The notes beneath the pieces were generated by a model. It worked only from the letters and a program-made list of their open reading frames with translations. It was not told the origin of the DNA and did no database searches. From Antedon mediterranea (Eukaryota > Animalia > Echinodermata): 64,000 nucleotides of DNA. Every line of letters begins with the position of its first letter. Within the stretch, counting starts at the first letter, position 1. A program made the translations under genes and the position numbers. The stretch covers positions 4,702,201 to 4,766,200 of the forward strand of contig NC_092670.1 in the NCBI RefSeq assembly GCF_964355755.1, written 5' to 3'. Shown piece by piece: positions 12,901 through 25,866 of the stretch.

Positions 12901-15105
12901 TCATGCAGTCAAATATTGCGTAATTTATACCGCCACCTATCGACAAAATCGAATATCACGTGAGGTTTATTAGACGGCTGTAAAACTAAGACTATTTAAA
13001 CTTCTTTTATGGAATTCAATAATTGCAATGGCCTCCTAGCCGCGCCTGTGTCTCGCATAATAAATTATTGTATATATAAAAAACAGAGCATTCACAGAGA
13101 TGTGTAGCGGTTAAAATAAGTACAGTATGTCAAACATAAAAGAAATCTTAGAGTCGATGGCCTAGTTTTACAGCCGTCTAATAAAGGTCACGTGATATTC
13201 GATTTTGTCGATAGGTGGCGGTATAAATTAGGCAATATTTCACTGCATGACGATTGGTGTGTACTGCATGACAATTGATGTGTACTGCATGACCATTGGT
13301 GTGTACTGCATGATGTTTGGTGTGTACTGCATGACGATTGGTGTGTACTGCATGATGTTTGGTGTGTACTGCATGACGATTGATGTGTACTGCATGACCA
13401 TTGGTGTGTACTGCATGACGATTGGTGTGTACTGCATGACCATTGGTGTGTACTGCATGATAAATGTGAACGACGATTGGTGTGTACTGCATGACCATTG
13501 GTGTGTACTGCATGACCATTGGTGTGTACTGCATGACCATTGGTGTGTACTGCATGACGACTGGTGTGTACTGCATGACCATTGTGAACTGAAGGCAGAG
13601 GAGGCGTTCCATAGACATGGTACTTATTTTAACCGCTACACATCTTTGTGAATGCTCTGTTTTATATACAATAATTTATTATGCGAGACACAGGCGTGGC
13701 TAGGAAGCCATTGCAATTATTGAATTCCATAAAATAAGAAGAAAAAAAGAAATAAATAGTCTTAGTTTTACAACCGTCTAATAAACGTCACGTGATATTC
13801 GATTTTGTCGATAGGTGGCGGTATAAATTACGCAATATTTGACTGCATGACAATTGGTGTGTACTGCATGACGATTGGTGTGTACTGCATGACGATTGGT
13901 GTGTACTGCATGACGATTGGTGTGTACTGCATGACGATTGGTGTGTACTGCATGACGATTGGTGTGTACTGCATGACGATTGGTGTGTACTGCATGACGA
14001 TTGGTGTGTACTGCATGACGTTTGGTGTGTACTGCATGACGTTTGGTGTGTACTGCATGACCATTGGTGTGTACTGCATGACCATTGGTGTGTACTGCAT
14101 GACCATTGGTGTGTACTGCATGACCATTGGTGTGTACTGCATGACGATTGGTGTGTACTGCATGACCATTGGTGTGTACTGCATGATAAATGTGAACTGA
14201 AGGCAGAGGAGGCGTTCCATACTGATCAGCATCAAAAATAGCCTTTAGTCTTTAAGTTAAGAAAACTTGTTAGCTTTTTTAAACTATGATTTTGAAAGAG
14301 TACAAAGATCAAATGAATTAATTCATATTATTCTATATTTATTATACACACTAATATTTAAGTATCAGCAGGTCAAAGGCATTCTTTAAAATAGATGTAT
14401 AAATATGTTTTAAAACATTTTATCTTTTTAATGAAAAATATTAAACAGTTGTTGTAAATCAAAAATACATTGATCGGTTGTCATGACAGCATCCAGTTGA
14501 GTGATCTTCACCTATCTACAGCTGGATGTCTACAACGATGATACAATAACAAATGAGCTCAATGAACGTGAGAGAATTTTTAAAAGCTTCTTTCAAGTAC
14601 TGTACAGTAGTCAATCTCTGCATTCTATTGAGACGCTCTGTGCTATTCACATACTGTAATCCTTGTAGGTACTTCCCAATTTTTAAATGTCAATTTGTGT
14701 ACATAATCTACATTCAGATGTTTTAAATATCCTCCTTATTCGTTATAATCTTTGTTACAGTGTACTACAGTGCAAAGAAATTTAGCTCTATTAGTAATTA
14801 TCATTATTCCCAATTACAAACATCTCACTGGTTTGCCGTTGGTGGCATACAGTATAGTAGCATACTGTACAGTGGCTAGCATGTGAGCCTAGCTAAAAAG
14901 TACTAACAATTTATAACATTTTCATATACTGTATACCAGAAACTAAACAATAAAATAGCCATTTACTAACCTCAATTTCAAAGGTGTGTTCGGTATCATC
15001 CAGAAATGCAATGATACATCTCATTTTGCGCTCTTGCTGTTCACGCGCTATCTCATTGGCACGGACATTGTAAGATCCGCTGGATGTTCGGAAGCGTCTA
15101 GACAT
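805..15105 (-). CDS. PTPN4: PTPN4/PTPN3-like (PTPMEG) FERM-domain protein tyrosine phosphatase, N-terminal 7 coding exons; gene continues beyond left edge
   Basis: Spliced exons 15105-14971, 11308-11152, 10652-10535, 7429-7377, 2569-2443, 2245-2158, 957-805, all GT-AG with matching phases. Translation [21 protein letters not shown]...[14 protein letters not shown]...[22 protein letters not shown]...ELGDYD...[12 protein letters not shown]...[23 protein letters not shown] matches the PTPN4 N-terminus and FERM domain as I recall it. PTPN3/PTPN4 co-ortholog likely. Confidence 0.93.
1749..2025. mobile_element. PIF/Harbinger-type MITE
   Basis: TIR AGCCGGTTTTCCACTAGG / CCTAGTGGAAAACAGGCT; TNA flanks (TGA/TCA); related end at ~63025. 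Confidence 0.7.
2158..2245 (-). CDS. PTPN4: PTPN4-like coding exon 6
   Basis: TCTGTAG|[30 protein letters not shown]|GTAATG. Confidence 0.9.
2443..2569 (-). CDS. PTPN4: PTPN4-like coding exon 5
   Basis: TTTTCAG|(A)[43 protein letters not shown]|GTAGGT. Confidence 0.9.
3775..3948. mobile_element. partial Harbinger-type MITE (same family as 35293 and 35899)
   Basis: Ends GATAGTGTAGACAGAGCT-TTA; internal ~21-bp tandem CATACCACTACTATATTTGGA. Confidence 0.65.
5154..6036. mobile_element. PIF/Harbinger-type MITE, TTA TSD
   Basis: tta|GGGCCCGTTTCTGCTGCCAA ... TTGGCAGCAGAAACGGGGCC|tta; multiple ATATACCGTATA subterminal motifs. Confidence 0.85.
6925..7175. repeat. degenerate ~120-bp tandem duplication
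   Basis: AAGGGACCATCTCAACTAAATTACTGCAGTATT...AATGAAAAGC.CTAA...TACTGCAGTAATTAT repeated ~2 times. Confidence 0.6.
7377..7429 (-). CDS. PTPN4: PTPN4-like coding exon 4 (53 nt)
   Basis: CTTTTAG|[19 protein letters not shown]|GTATGT; phases fit both neighbours. Confidence 0.9.
7631..8527. mobile_element. PIF/Harbinger-type MITE
   Basis: TIR AGGCCTTTTCACACAGA / TCTGTGTGAAAGGGGCT; TAA/TTA flanks; repeated TTCACACAGA and GGTAATATT/ATTACCG motifs. Confidence 0.75.
10535..10652 (-). CDS. PTPN4: PTPN4-like coding exon 3
   Basis: TTTACAG|..[40 protein letters not shown]|GTTAGT. Confidence 0.92.
11152..11308 (-). CDS. PTPN4: PTPN4-like coding exon 2
   Basis: TTCCCAG|[28 protein letters not shown]...[15 protein letters not shown]|GTGAGT. 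Confidence 0.92.
11916..14221. mobile_element. IS3EU-like non-autonomous foldback element (outer copy), 6-bp TSD CTGATC
   Basis: ctgatc|TATGGAACGCCTCCTCTGCC...GGCAGAGGAGGCGTTCCATA|ctgatc; long TIRs contain a 21-bp tandem CATGCAGTACACACCAATCGT. Confidence 0.85.
12412..13613. mobile_element. second copy of the same element nested in the outer copy in inverted orientation, 6-bp TSD GACATG
   Basis: gacatg|TATGGAACG...CGTTCCATA|gacatg; its unique core (~12990-13165) is the reverse complement of the split outer core. Confidence 0.88.
14971..15105 (-). CDS. PTPN4: PTPN4-like coding exon 1 (ATG; exon begins at 15143 including 5'UTR)
   Basis: [45 protein letters not shown] | GTTAGT donor; upstream acceptor TTTCTAG at 15145-15144. 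Confidence 0.9.
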
Positions 15106-17860
15106 CGCGACCTACGAATATCCGACGACCACCCACTTCAATCCTAGAAAGATAAATTTTAATAATATTTGAGCTAATAATCCTAGAAACAGAATGTACA
15201 CTACAATGTACAGTATAGTAAGGTACAGTATATCTGACATGACATTGACAATAGAGACATGTACAATACTGTTAATTTCACTGAAAATAGAGAAATGTTT
15301 TGACAACTTACACTGAAGTAAATGTCTTATTTCTAGATAGTGCTCCAGTCTAGAACTTATCTAAGCAAACATATCATGTATCATGACAGTTAATTTTCTG
15401 AACTTAATTATACAAATCAGTATGGATAGCTTTTGATTAGTGTTTTAATGTCAAAAGTGATTTATCATCTGTCATCTGCTTTCGTGTCATAGGTCAAAGT
15501 TGAAATCCACTACTAAAGTTGGACTACTACGTACGTACACAATTTGTAATCCTGATTTAAAAAACAATTTTATACAGATAATGATATACCTTTGTATCAT
15601 TGAAACGCAACAAACAAATCATTTTATGCAGAAGATTGTTCAGTGTATTTTCACTTTTATGAATGGATAATTACTTTTACTTTTATACTAAACAACAGAG
15701 AGAAAGCAAGGTGTTTTAAAGTGCAGTATCGATGTAAAAAATGTAGGAAATCATTTGCATTTGAATTCCACACCTTCACACCAGTAAACCTTCTTTCCTT
15801 TACATGGACATTGGCATACTGTACAATTAAGCATAATCTACAATTTGTAAAACTTGTTTTAAAATTCCAAGATTACCAATGTTTGAAAAAAGTTGTGCTT
15901 GCCGAGGCTTTCCATCCAAACATTTACTGTAACTGCCCCCATTTGCCCATGAAATAGCGACTAAGCAGCACAACATTTTTGGTGGCAAATTAAAAAACCC
16001 AGCAGTTTGAAAAAAAAAGGTTTGCTTCAGACTACTATAAAGCTTTAGAACTCATGTAAAGGTAACAAATAGGTATCTTTCCATTAAGACAAGTGTTTGT
16101 AAGACTTTGTGCAAGAGTAGAGTAGGGTGTTAGAGGTAATTTATGCAAGCAGTAGAGTTGAGATGCACCTGGATTAAAAATGCTCTTCGAAATGCATCAG
16201 TGAAGTTGACAGTGGTTAATAAGTGACATGACCATGAACAGAACATGATCAGTGATGTTGTAATTTCCATTTTAAATGTTAGGGTTGGAACATCTGATGT
16301 AGGTTGCCTTAAATTTCATTTTAAAATTAATTGAAACATATAATTTTGGCAACAGAATTGTCCTCTCCAACTTCATGTCATCTCTTCATTATTTTATTAT
16401 ATTGACAATGTTCTATATACCCATCAATTTACACAACGATTCCCATTCAACACAATTAACACTTAAATTAATTTTATCTACAACAGATTTTTTCCTACTG
16501 TACCTAATTTGATGCCAGCCAACCTAGTTTATCTAAGGGAAACAGAGCGAGTACAGTCAATAGAAAATCAATGCCATATTATACTGTGTGATTGGAGCAC
16601 TATAAAGATCAATGATGTATTATCCCTGGTTTAACTTGAACCACATAATGATGCTTAGAGAATGAGTGTTGAGTTAATTTAATAGTAAGTATACTGTACT
16701 GTTTGTTTTGCTAATACTGTGTACACTATTGATTAAGAGAACCAGGTCACAGACAGGATACAAGTGTAAGAATACAGTAATGCTGGTTTACTATGTAGGC
16801 CGTTTTTGAACTATAGAAAAAAAATGAAAAGAACGGTTTCTTTCTATCGAGAAACAGGATTTTAATGTTGTAACATCATCATGTTGCATCCTAATTTTTA
16901 CTCAAACTAAAACCATTTAGTGATGGTTCGTAGTTGGTTGTGTAGTGATGTTATTATTATACACATAGAGTATCAGACGCCATTCAGTGAAATGAAAATG
17001 AGACCTCGATTGCATTGTAGTAAAACTGACGGAAAACCAGCTTTTACGAAAATGAATTAACCAATAAAAAACAATGAATAATTAAAACTGCTGCTTGATC
17101 AATTCGCTTGCATTACATCAACTTAGGTCTTTGCGTTGCGTCCTATTGGTATAAGTTTTACTATTCACTATTATGCATGCATTTCTTTAATCATGGACCA
17201 TTTGTAAGAACATTATTTTTAATGAAAATGTCATCCATGTAAAATAAGTTTATAAATAAATAAATAAATAAATTTATTTCATTACAACAATCAATCCGAT
17301 CAGTCAGAGCACATTTGTCCATACAATTTAGAAATACAAAACCGAGTATGATACTTACTAGGTACTGTAGGTGTGTACAAAGTTTAAAGTATCATCTGAT
17401 TTTCAATCTGGATATAAGTTTAAAAATGTGTTGATTGATCTAACATTCAACTTGTAGTTAGTTATCAACAAAAGATTTTTTATCAAATAGCAAGGAGGAT
17501 CTAAACACTTTCCGTTTCAATTGTTTAATAACTTTTAAATATAGAAACAATAATAGTATTTGATATTATCTTCAGCACGCATGAATGGAGATGCAAGTTG
17601 TTGCAAACTATTTAACATCGTTGATGATTGTTGGTGTTTAAAAAACCAATCGTGGCTTTATTTACACACCAGTGAACTGTTGAGTTCTTTTGTGTTCAAC
17701 ACTAATCAACAGGGTCATTATACAGCCTATTGACAATACAACTTGTTTCCGTTTTCTGCTATTATGAAGAGCTGAAAAAATATCCTGAACTTTACCTTCA
17801 GTGTAAACATACTGTAGCACATAATACACTAGTCTGGGTTCCAAATGGAGTTTTGACTTT

Positions 17861-18285
17861 TTAGATAAAAGATAAATATAGATATAGATACACTTTATTG
17901 TCACATAATAATTATAAAATGTGAGACTCAGCTCCCTGTTACATTCGTAATAAAAACACCATGTAAAAACATCAAAACAATTCGATATAAGTCAAATACA
18001 TGGTAGGCCAACAGTATGTTCAGTTCATTAAAAGTAATTACAGTAATTATCTTACAAATGTTTTTGTTAAAGAGACGAATTGAGGAGAGAATAAAGGAGT
18101 TGTTAAACCTATTTGTTTTTGTCAAAGGATGACGTAGTCTACCATATCTGAACATAACAAACGAACTATGCAAGGGATGGGCAGAATCAGACATATTTTT
18201 CATCTTTCAGACAAACATCGAAACGCCTCAAACTAATTACAGACTTGGGGAAACTTTAATACTGCACACAATTACGCATTTTCAT
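17861..18285 (-). mobile_element. 3' fragment of a Rex1/Babar (CR1-group) LINE
   Basis: C-terminal ORF remnant HPLHSSF...GRLR...TKTNRFNNSFILSSIRLFN, then AATAAAG and a (TATCTA)-like tail. Confidence 0.7.
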
Positions 18286-21200
18286 TACTGTATGTACTGT
18301 AGGAACCAAGGGGTGACCCAGGTCCCCTAAATTTTGAAAATTACAGTTCAAATGAAATTAAAGCAAGTTTAGCACTTAATTCAACACATTATGACTCATT
18401 TACTTTTTTGAATCTCATATATATTTGAAAAATAATGTTGGTAGGCCTGTTAAACATGGTTCAAGAACAAGATCAACAGCACTGGTATAGCCCTGTGTCT
18501 GATCCACATGCTATCATCAGTTCACACTGATATTACATTAAACTGTTAATCTTAAAGTGGAATTTGGATTTTTTACTAAGTCCACTAGGAACACAGAAAG
18601 ATAAGGCTGGCTAGTATTTACTAGGCTTTATAAAATTGTACTTGGCTACAGTACATTGAATAATTAATTCATTCATCAGCGAATAATTAATTCATTCATC
18701 AGCGGATAATTACTAATACATTTGTTATCATTTGCATACAAAATATACATAGAAATTATGTGGATACTGGATTTGATACTGTATCTGTATTTATAATGCA
18801 ATGCATGTTACAGGTACACATGCTGGCAATCTGACTGCAAACTAATCATGTATTATTAAATATGAATATGAATTCTATTAACCTTCATCTTTAGAGAGAC
18901 AAAATAAATGCTATCGTCATGGAAACATCATAAGCCCTTTAGTCTTCTTCAGAGAATGTAATCAATCAGAACAAAAAAAAGCCAGTCTGCAATATCAGTT
19001 TCTGAATTATTAATAATATATCTTGACATTTACAACTTAATTTATTCTATGAAATAACATTTCTGAGAAAAAATATTAATCATTGTCTCAGTATATTGAT
19101 TATAAATTAATACAATTACAAGTACATTCAATATTATAATGCCATCGAAATTTAGGGGATGTTCAGATTTATGATGTTTCAGCATCTGAGGATATCTGCC
19201 AAATGTTGTGTCTGAACAATCGTCATTTTAGCGTACAATGTTGACAAATGTTGTGTCTGAACAGTCACAGTTTTAGCATCTGGCGCTGACAAATTTTGTG
19301 TCTGAATTGTTGCTGTTGCTATTGTTAGTAAACTGAAACTAATAGTTGAAAGGCTGGTTTACATAACCATTACACCAAATTCGCATACTGTACACATGGT
19401 CACACACAGCATTAAGACACAAAAAAATATATATTTTTTCCAGTCAAATCTTGTGTACAGTAGGAGAATTTTACAGTAGGCAGAGGTGTGCACTCTCAGA
19501 GTGCCGTACTAGTTACCAAAGCTGTCGATTTACAAATATCGTGACTGTAACTGTAACTAATTGCGATTTGATCTTAATTTACATAAAGTAGAGTAGATGT
19601 TATCTTTTTAAAAATAACTATCCCAAAAAAGTCCCTTTTGTTTCATTGCAATTAATTGCTCCATATACGGTAAATTAATTGAATGATTGATTATTATCTT
19701 CTGTACAAATGAAAGCAATCGATGGTTTTGAAATTATTTAAAAGGTCATAGTATCTATTTTATCACTGAAAATTTCATAGAATCAAGTGAAATTTATCCA
19801 GGGTTGCTCTGCTACAAATATGAAGGATATTTAACAGGTTAGAAAATCAATAACTGTAATATAAGATATTGATTACCAGGCCTTGAGTCTAATACTCTTA
19901 TACCCAATTCACACTTTCTCTCAACATTATTTTCGAGCATGTGTAAACCACACATTACACCTTTACCAAAGCACTTAGAGGACACTTAATCAAATGGTCA
20001 GCATTTTATTTCTTTCTTCTCTCTTTAACTACCCATAAATTGAACATACAGAAATTTACAAATGCATACAAAATAAATAGGAAGAATGTGTTCATAGTTG
20101 AAAGATAATGTTCCATTAAACAAAGCAGATTCTAGTTCAGATTTTGTGCCACACTACTAATTAACCATGAATGTATTAAGACAAGGAATGACCTGGTTTA
20201 AATGTTAGTACATGTAATTAATATTAACAAGGAAAAGCATCTTCAAGTACTACAATGGTTTTACGATTAATGAAAAATTGAGAGATGAAATAATAATCTA
20301 AATATGTATTTAATTAAAATAACAAAGGTACAATATAGAGTACATAAAAAGAGATGGAACACACAGAGTTGCATGTACTATAGTAGTCAGTATAAATGAA
20401 AAGGCACATTTTGAATAGACAGAATAAATAATGAAATGAAAATATCCGACACAGTTTGTGTTATGTACTGTACATGTGGTGCCCAGTTTAAAGAATTTTC
20501 AAATTTAAAAGCGACTAAAACAACCCTTATTAAATATCTAATATCGTTGCGTATGACCTCTCGGGGCTTTGGGCCCTCTGTCGAGAAAATCCTGGCGCCA
20601 CCAATGTGTGTGACAACAGTACATTACGTCATCATATTTTGTAATGTTTATCTTGTGAAGGAATTTGCATACAGTACCTTTTGTGGTTAGTGGTCTATTT
20701 GCTAATTAGAACTTCTTGGCAATTTGCCTTAATACAGTTTTACAGTAACTACACACTACAGGACATTTTAATAACACAAAGATACCAGGTTTACAAAAGC
20801 AGAAAACTTACCCTCAATCCCAAATATACAGTATCCAGAGTTACTGTAAACACAGAGAATTCAAAGATTGTCAAAATATAATAAGAATCTTTTTTGTACC
20901 CACTGATTTTGGTGGTGTAAATAAATTATCACGGATTAGGTAATGTCATGGTTCTGTAATATCATGCTCACTATATAGTATAATGTGTCACTAACAGTAA
21001 CACTACAGTAACAAATTTAACGATCATTAATAATAATATTAATACAGTAAGTAACAAGGTTCTTGTCTTATCTTATGCAAGTACTGTAGCTTTGTTCTGG
21101 ATTTAAAAGCTTCCTAAAACGCTAAACAAATCTTTAACACTTGTTCAGTAAAAATACATTTCGTTTTGCAGTCTAACAAATGTACAGTAAATGATGAAAT

Positions 21201-21459
21201 AAAGATATACAATAACTCTATGAATTGTCTACAAATATTTAGTTTGCGAATGCGAAACACTAACAAAACTTCTGTCTGATCTACAAATAATTTTAAGTCT
21301 ATTACAAATATTACATTTATTACTTTGTTTTCCTTTTACTTAAGATTTTTTTTTTCTGACTCAGTAAGGTAGAGGTTCCTTAACACGTTTATAGGAAGGA
21401 AGTTTAGCTTGATATAGGCCTGCTAGTGTAAGTCTACGGATATGACCGCTATTGCTACA

Positions 21460-22040
21460 CACTCAGTGATGTCATCATCATGTTAAACTTTAATACACAA
21501 ACTGTACTGTATATCACCAATCTGTGTTAAATACTAACTGTTGTTTACCATACAGAAACTAACTTTTAATGAACTAACGGTGTGTTCTTAGTGATGTCAT
21601 GTTAAATTTGAATACACAAGATGTAGATCTCCAATCTGTGTTACTAACTGTTTACCATACAGTTACTAACTTTTAATGAACTAAGGGGTGCGTTCTTAGT
21701 GATGTCATGTTAAATTTGAATACACAAGATGTAGATCTCCAATCTGTGTTACTAACTGTTTCCATACAGTAACTAACATTCAATGAACCAATGGTGCATT
21801 CTTAGTGATGTCATGTTAAATTTTAATACACAAGATGTAGATCTCCAATCTGTGTTACTAAACTGTTTACCATACAGTAACTAATTTTCAATGAACTAAA
21901 GGTGCGTTTTTAGTGATGTCATAGACTCATAATGATGTTAAATTTTAATACACGAACTGTACTGTAGATCCCCAATCTGTGTTACTAACTGTTTACCATA
22001 CAGTAACTAACTTTCAATGAACCAAGGGTGCGTTCATACA
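21460..22040. repeat. ~110-bp tandem repeat, ~5 copies
   Basis: Unit TAGTGATGTCATGTTAAATTT.AATACACAAGATGTAGATCTCCAATCTGTGTTACTAACTGTTTACCATACAG...AATGAAC...GGTGCGTTC. Confidence 0.85.
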
Positions 22041-23738
22041 TCACGTTAGTGGAAGCTTAAGGGGATACATTAATCATACCATAACAGTCCTAAAGCACTT
22101 TTCTTATTTGCTCTGGTAAACTTTTAAGGTTTGCCAAGTGTATACAGTATAATCCTCTAGCTTCTTGTTGACCTTCCAAAATGTAAACAATTAATTTATG
22201 CAAAGAAGCGAAGTATTATAATCTGAATTTTAAAGAAAAATTCAAAGCTTATTTGGTGAACAGGTTGGAAATTTGTATTGTAAAAATAAGAACAGTTTCA
22301 CCTCAAGAATAAACTAAGATTAAATTTGCAAACTGACAGTACTATACTGTAATACCGGTCTACTACTTTAATTGTACAAAGTTTTAAATAAAGTTGTAGT
22401 GGAGCTGTACATTTTTTTTAGTCTAGTGTTTAATCCTGACCTACAGTAGTTTCAGGGTTGTTGAAAACTTTACTAATTTATGAATACGCATCCATGATCA
22501 TCAAATATGTAACTTTTCTTGCTCACTGAATGTCTATGAGTATGAAAACACTTGAAATAAAGCAAGACATATAAAAACCCTACCTCTACCAGGTCATTAA
22601 CATTATAGAAGTGTAAAACGTATCAATAGAAATGAACATACAATTCAAATAATGTATAACAAAATGAAATGAGGCATAATGTGTTCCTTAGCAAAACATG
22701 CATTCAGAAATTCTTCCGAGGGCATTTTGGTAAAGTGCATCAAAATGTCAATGACAGTTGACACACACTATTAAAATTGTCTTGTACTGTACGTTCAACC
22801 CGAAGCGATTCTATAATCACACATTAAATATTCAATTTTAATTTGCAAGAAAAGATAGGAATGGTTTGCATCTTTTTAGATCATATTTTAAAATGCAAGA
22901 AGCCTCAATTACGAGTAATACCCAATGAGTACAAAATATTTTAAAAATTAAACTTATTAGTTAAAATGATATTTTAAATTCTTAGCATTTTTAGAGATAT
23001 TTAATACATTAATAAAATTATACTGATATTACTTTTATTCAATGTTGTTCATTTCATGTGTAACACAAAAGGATGGTACTACTTGAATTTTGACCACCGA
23101 GCAAAGTAAATTACTTTGCTCGGTGTGTGCTTGGTCGGTAGCCTGTGCCGGTCAGAAATTCTGAGTGCCCGACGGTCAACCGGCGTGGTGAGAACCCTAG
23201 TAATAATTAAGCTGTGCACACCCGAATGTCGAATTTTAGTGAGCGCCAGTAGGTGGATCAAAACAATTGTAAAAACTGCTGAACTTATAATGAATTTAGG
23301 AAGGCCCCAGGCAGGCTGGGGATTCGCATTATTTTTTGACCTATACCATCAATTCAAATGGCATGATTACAGTATTATTTCACTGTACATTAAAATGAAT
23401 GTTGAATTCCTTTATACTGTAATACTGTAGTGTAATAGTGAGTTTTCTTTATATTTTTTAACTTTAAGATGGTCCCTAAAGCTCCTTCCATTGAGGTGAA
23501 GCTCTCAACAGGTAACCAAGGTTACAAGTAGAGATAAAAATGGCTATCTGTCTCATGTCATGCTTTACTAGAAAGTGCTTCATTACAAATGTACAGTTAC
23601 AATGTGTAAACTTAAATATATTACAACTTCAAGGCTACGTTGTATGCATTAGAGTTTAAAATTTTATAAAAAAATCAGAATACTGTAAAAGGATCAAATT
23701 AAATAATCAGTACAAAATTACTGTGTAATTCAGTAATC

Positions 23739-24135
23739 TGTAAATCGACCAAAGTTCCTAGATAAAAAACCTGATATGCGTGTTTGTGAAATTTGTACGT
23801 TTGGTTCGATGAGGTTTGCTATGTGTTTTTGGAAGTTTGCGGGGTTTAGCAATTATTTTAAACCAAAAAATGATGTTTTACCCCAAAATTAAAGTACTGT
23901 AGTATTAACAACAACAACAATTTCATTAAAAAAACATTGACATATCAAGTGTGTATTTTTGGTACACTACACGATTCAGAAATTTTTATGTAAATCGACC
24001 AAAGTTCCTGGATAAAAATAACACAATAATTTGTGTGTGAAAATTGTATGGACTGTAACTTTTATGTTGGTTCAATGGTGTTTGCTATGTTTTTTTGGAG
24101 GTTTGCGGGGTTTGCTGTGTTTAATACAATACCGA
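23739..24135. repeat. ~250-bp direct duplication, probable DNA-transposon subterminal remnant
   Basis: TGTAAATCGACCAAAGTTCCT...GTTTGCGGGGTTT twice; ends TTTAATACAATACCG. Confidence 0.55.
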
Positions 24136-25189
24136 GTAAGTTTTCTGTACTACTGTAAATCACCATAGCATTTATTTCAAGAAAATCATCAACTAAAGAC
24201 TACTACAGTATAGCCTGACTTGGGATACAGTACATTTACCGTACAGTATGCTACTGTACTGTAGATTGCGTTGTAAAGTATTCTGTTCAAAGAAAGACTA
24301 GCCTAGCCTGATTTGTATTGCCTGAAGGTTACCATTACTTTAGGTGTGAATCCACTTCAATATGTAAATTAAATTCTGTGAGTCATTCACAAAAATTCAA
24401 TACAAACTTTCATACTGCACTTGAGAATAAAGTAAAAATTTTATGATCTGAAAAAAAAAAACAAACACCAATATTAACAAAAATGAAAGAACATTTAATC
24501 GCTTCCCAGGTACTTCTCATAGCTACAAATAGACTCGAAATTGATGCTAAAGTTTAACAATAGGTTTCATAAATACTCAAAACCATACATTATAGTTTTT
24601 AATGGAAAGTACTGTACAGTACATGCACTGTACTAATAATAATATCTGTATGTTGAATTAATAGAGTTGTGTCTGCAGCCTTCAACCTTATTTTATCAAA
24701 CTACTACTACAGTATACGTAATGTCAACTAGCAAATAAACTTATGTGCTTGTGAAAATGTTGCCCTAATCCTACATAAATCTAATCTTTTAATAGGGAAA
24801 CTGACACAAAATAGATTTCCTTAGTATTATTATTCCACAAACATTCCATTGTATGTCGGTGCTGCCAACTACAGCGCTATTCATCTGTTCATGGCATTGA
24901 CAGTGACTGTGTGAGTTAGCATTATATGTTAAAAGTAATATTTCATTAGAAAATTTTAAATTGTCACTAAAAAAGCATCTCCTCAACATTTAATTCTCAT
25001 GTGCAATAAATTATAAAAAGGTTTTAGCATAATGCAGTAAATCAATAATTTTCTGTAATCTGTAAATTAAGAATAAATAATATAAATATAATAAGGGTAA
25101 AAATTAATTGTAATTTTGTTACTTTAGTGCAATAAATCAATTTTTGTATATATCTCTTATTATAAATCTTTCTTAAAACTGTAAATTAG

Positions 25190-25450
25190 GATTACAAGTG
25201 TTAGATAAACTGTTATTTTTAAACTTTTATATTTTTATACCATTTTTTAAGGATTCTTTTGATGTAATTTGTATGTTCTTTATCAGTTCCTTGTTTTTAG
25301 GACCCAAGTGGAAATAAGTTTTTAACTTTTCTTGGCATTCCTTGTAATCAAGGCCTGTGTTTCTGTGCAATTGTTTTTTCTACTTTTTTTTTGCATTGTT
25401 TTTATTGTTTTTTAACCTTGATTACTAAATAAAGAAATTCAAATTCAAAA
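25190..25450 (+). mobile_element. LINE (L2/Crack-like) 3' UTR remnant
   Basis: T-rich tract, GGACCCAAGTGGAAATAAG...CTTGGCATTCC stem-loop-like motif, ends AATAAAG(AAATTC)n. Confidence 0.5.
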
Positions 25451-25687
25451 AGTACTGTACACCGGGGCAACCCTAGATACTCGTCTCGAAAGATGTACTA
25501 GGTTCTGTAAAGTGTACATGAGAGTTTTGTGTACACTGGACCTATATTTATTACTGTACAGATACAGTAGTAGTCCTTATTTAAGAAAACTCATTCTAGA
25601 GTACCACCAGAACCAAGGAGTGAGTAAGACTTAAACCCATTACTGTACATTCTTCTAAACCACTTCTTTAAAAGTCAGCAAGTCTAA

Positions 25688-25866
25688 AGCGTGGTTCCCA
25701 CTAGCGACGCAACACAAGGACGTAACGCAACGCAAGTGAATTGACCAATCACAAGCGATGGCTTATTCGCTTGTGATTGCTAACTGTCTATAACTTCGCT
25801 TGTCATTGGTTAAAATGCTTGCGTTGTGTTTATGTTCTTGCGTTACGTTCTAGTGGGAACCAAGCT
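25688..25866. mobile_element. short Harbinger-type MITE, TAA TSD
   Basis: taa|AGCGTGGTTCCCACTAG...CTAGTGGGAACCAAGCT|taa; decayed relatives at ~10270-10308, ~17060-17160 and ~56046-56182. Confidence 0.85.

Noticed and set aside
11917-14235. Long ORFs of (MQYTPIV)n, (HAVHTNR)n and (CMTIGVY)n
   Set aside because: Stop-free translations of the 21-bp transposon-arm repeat on both strands; no evidence of coding.
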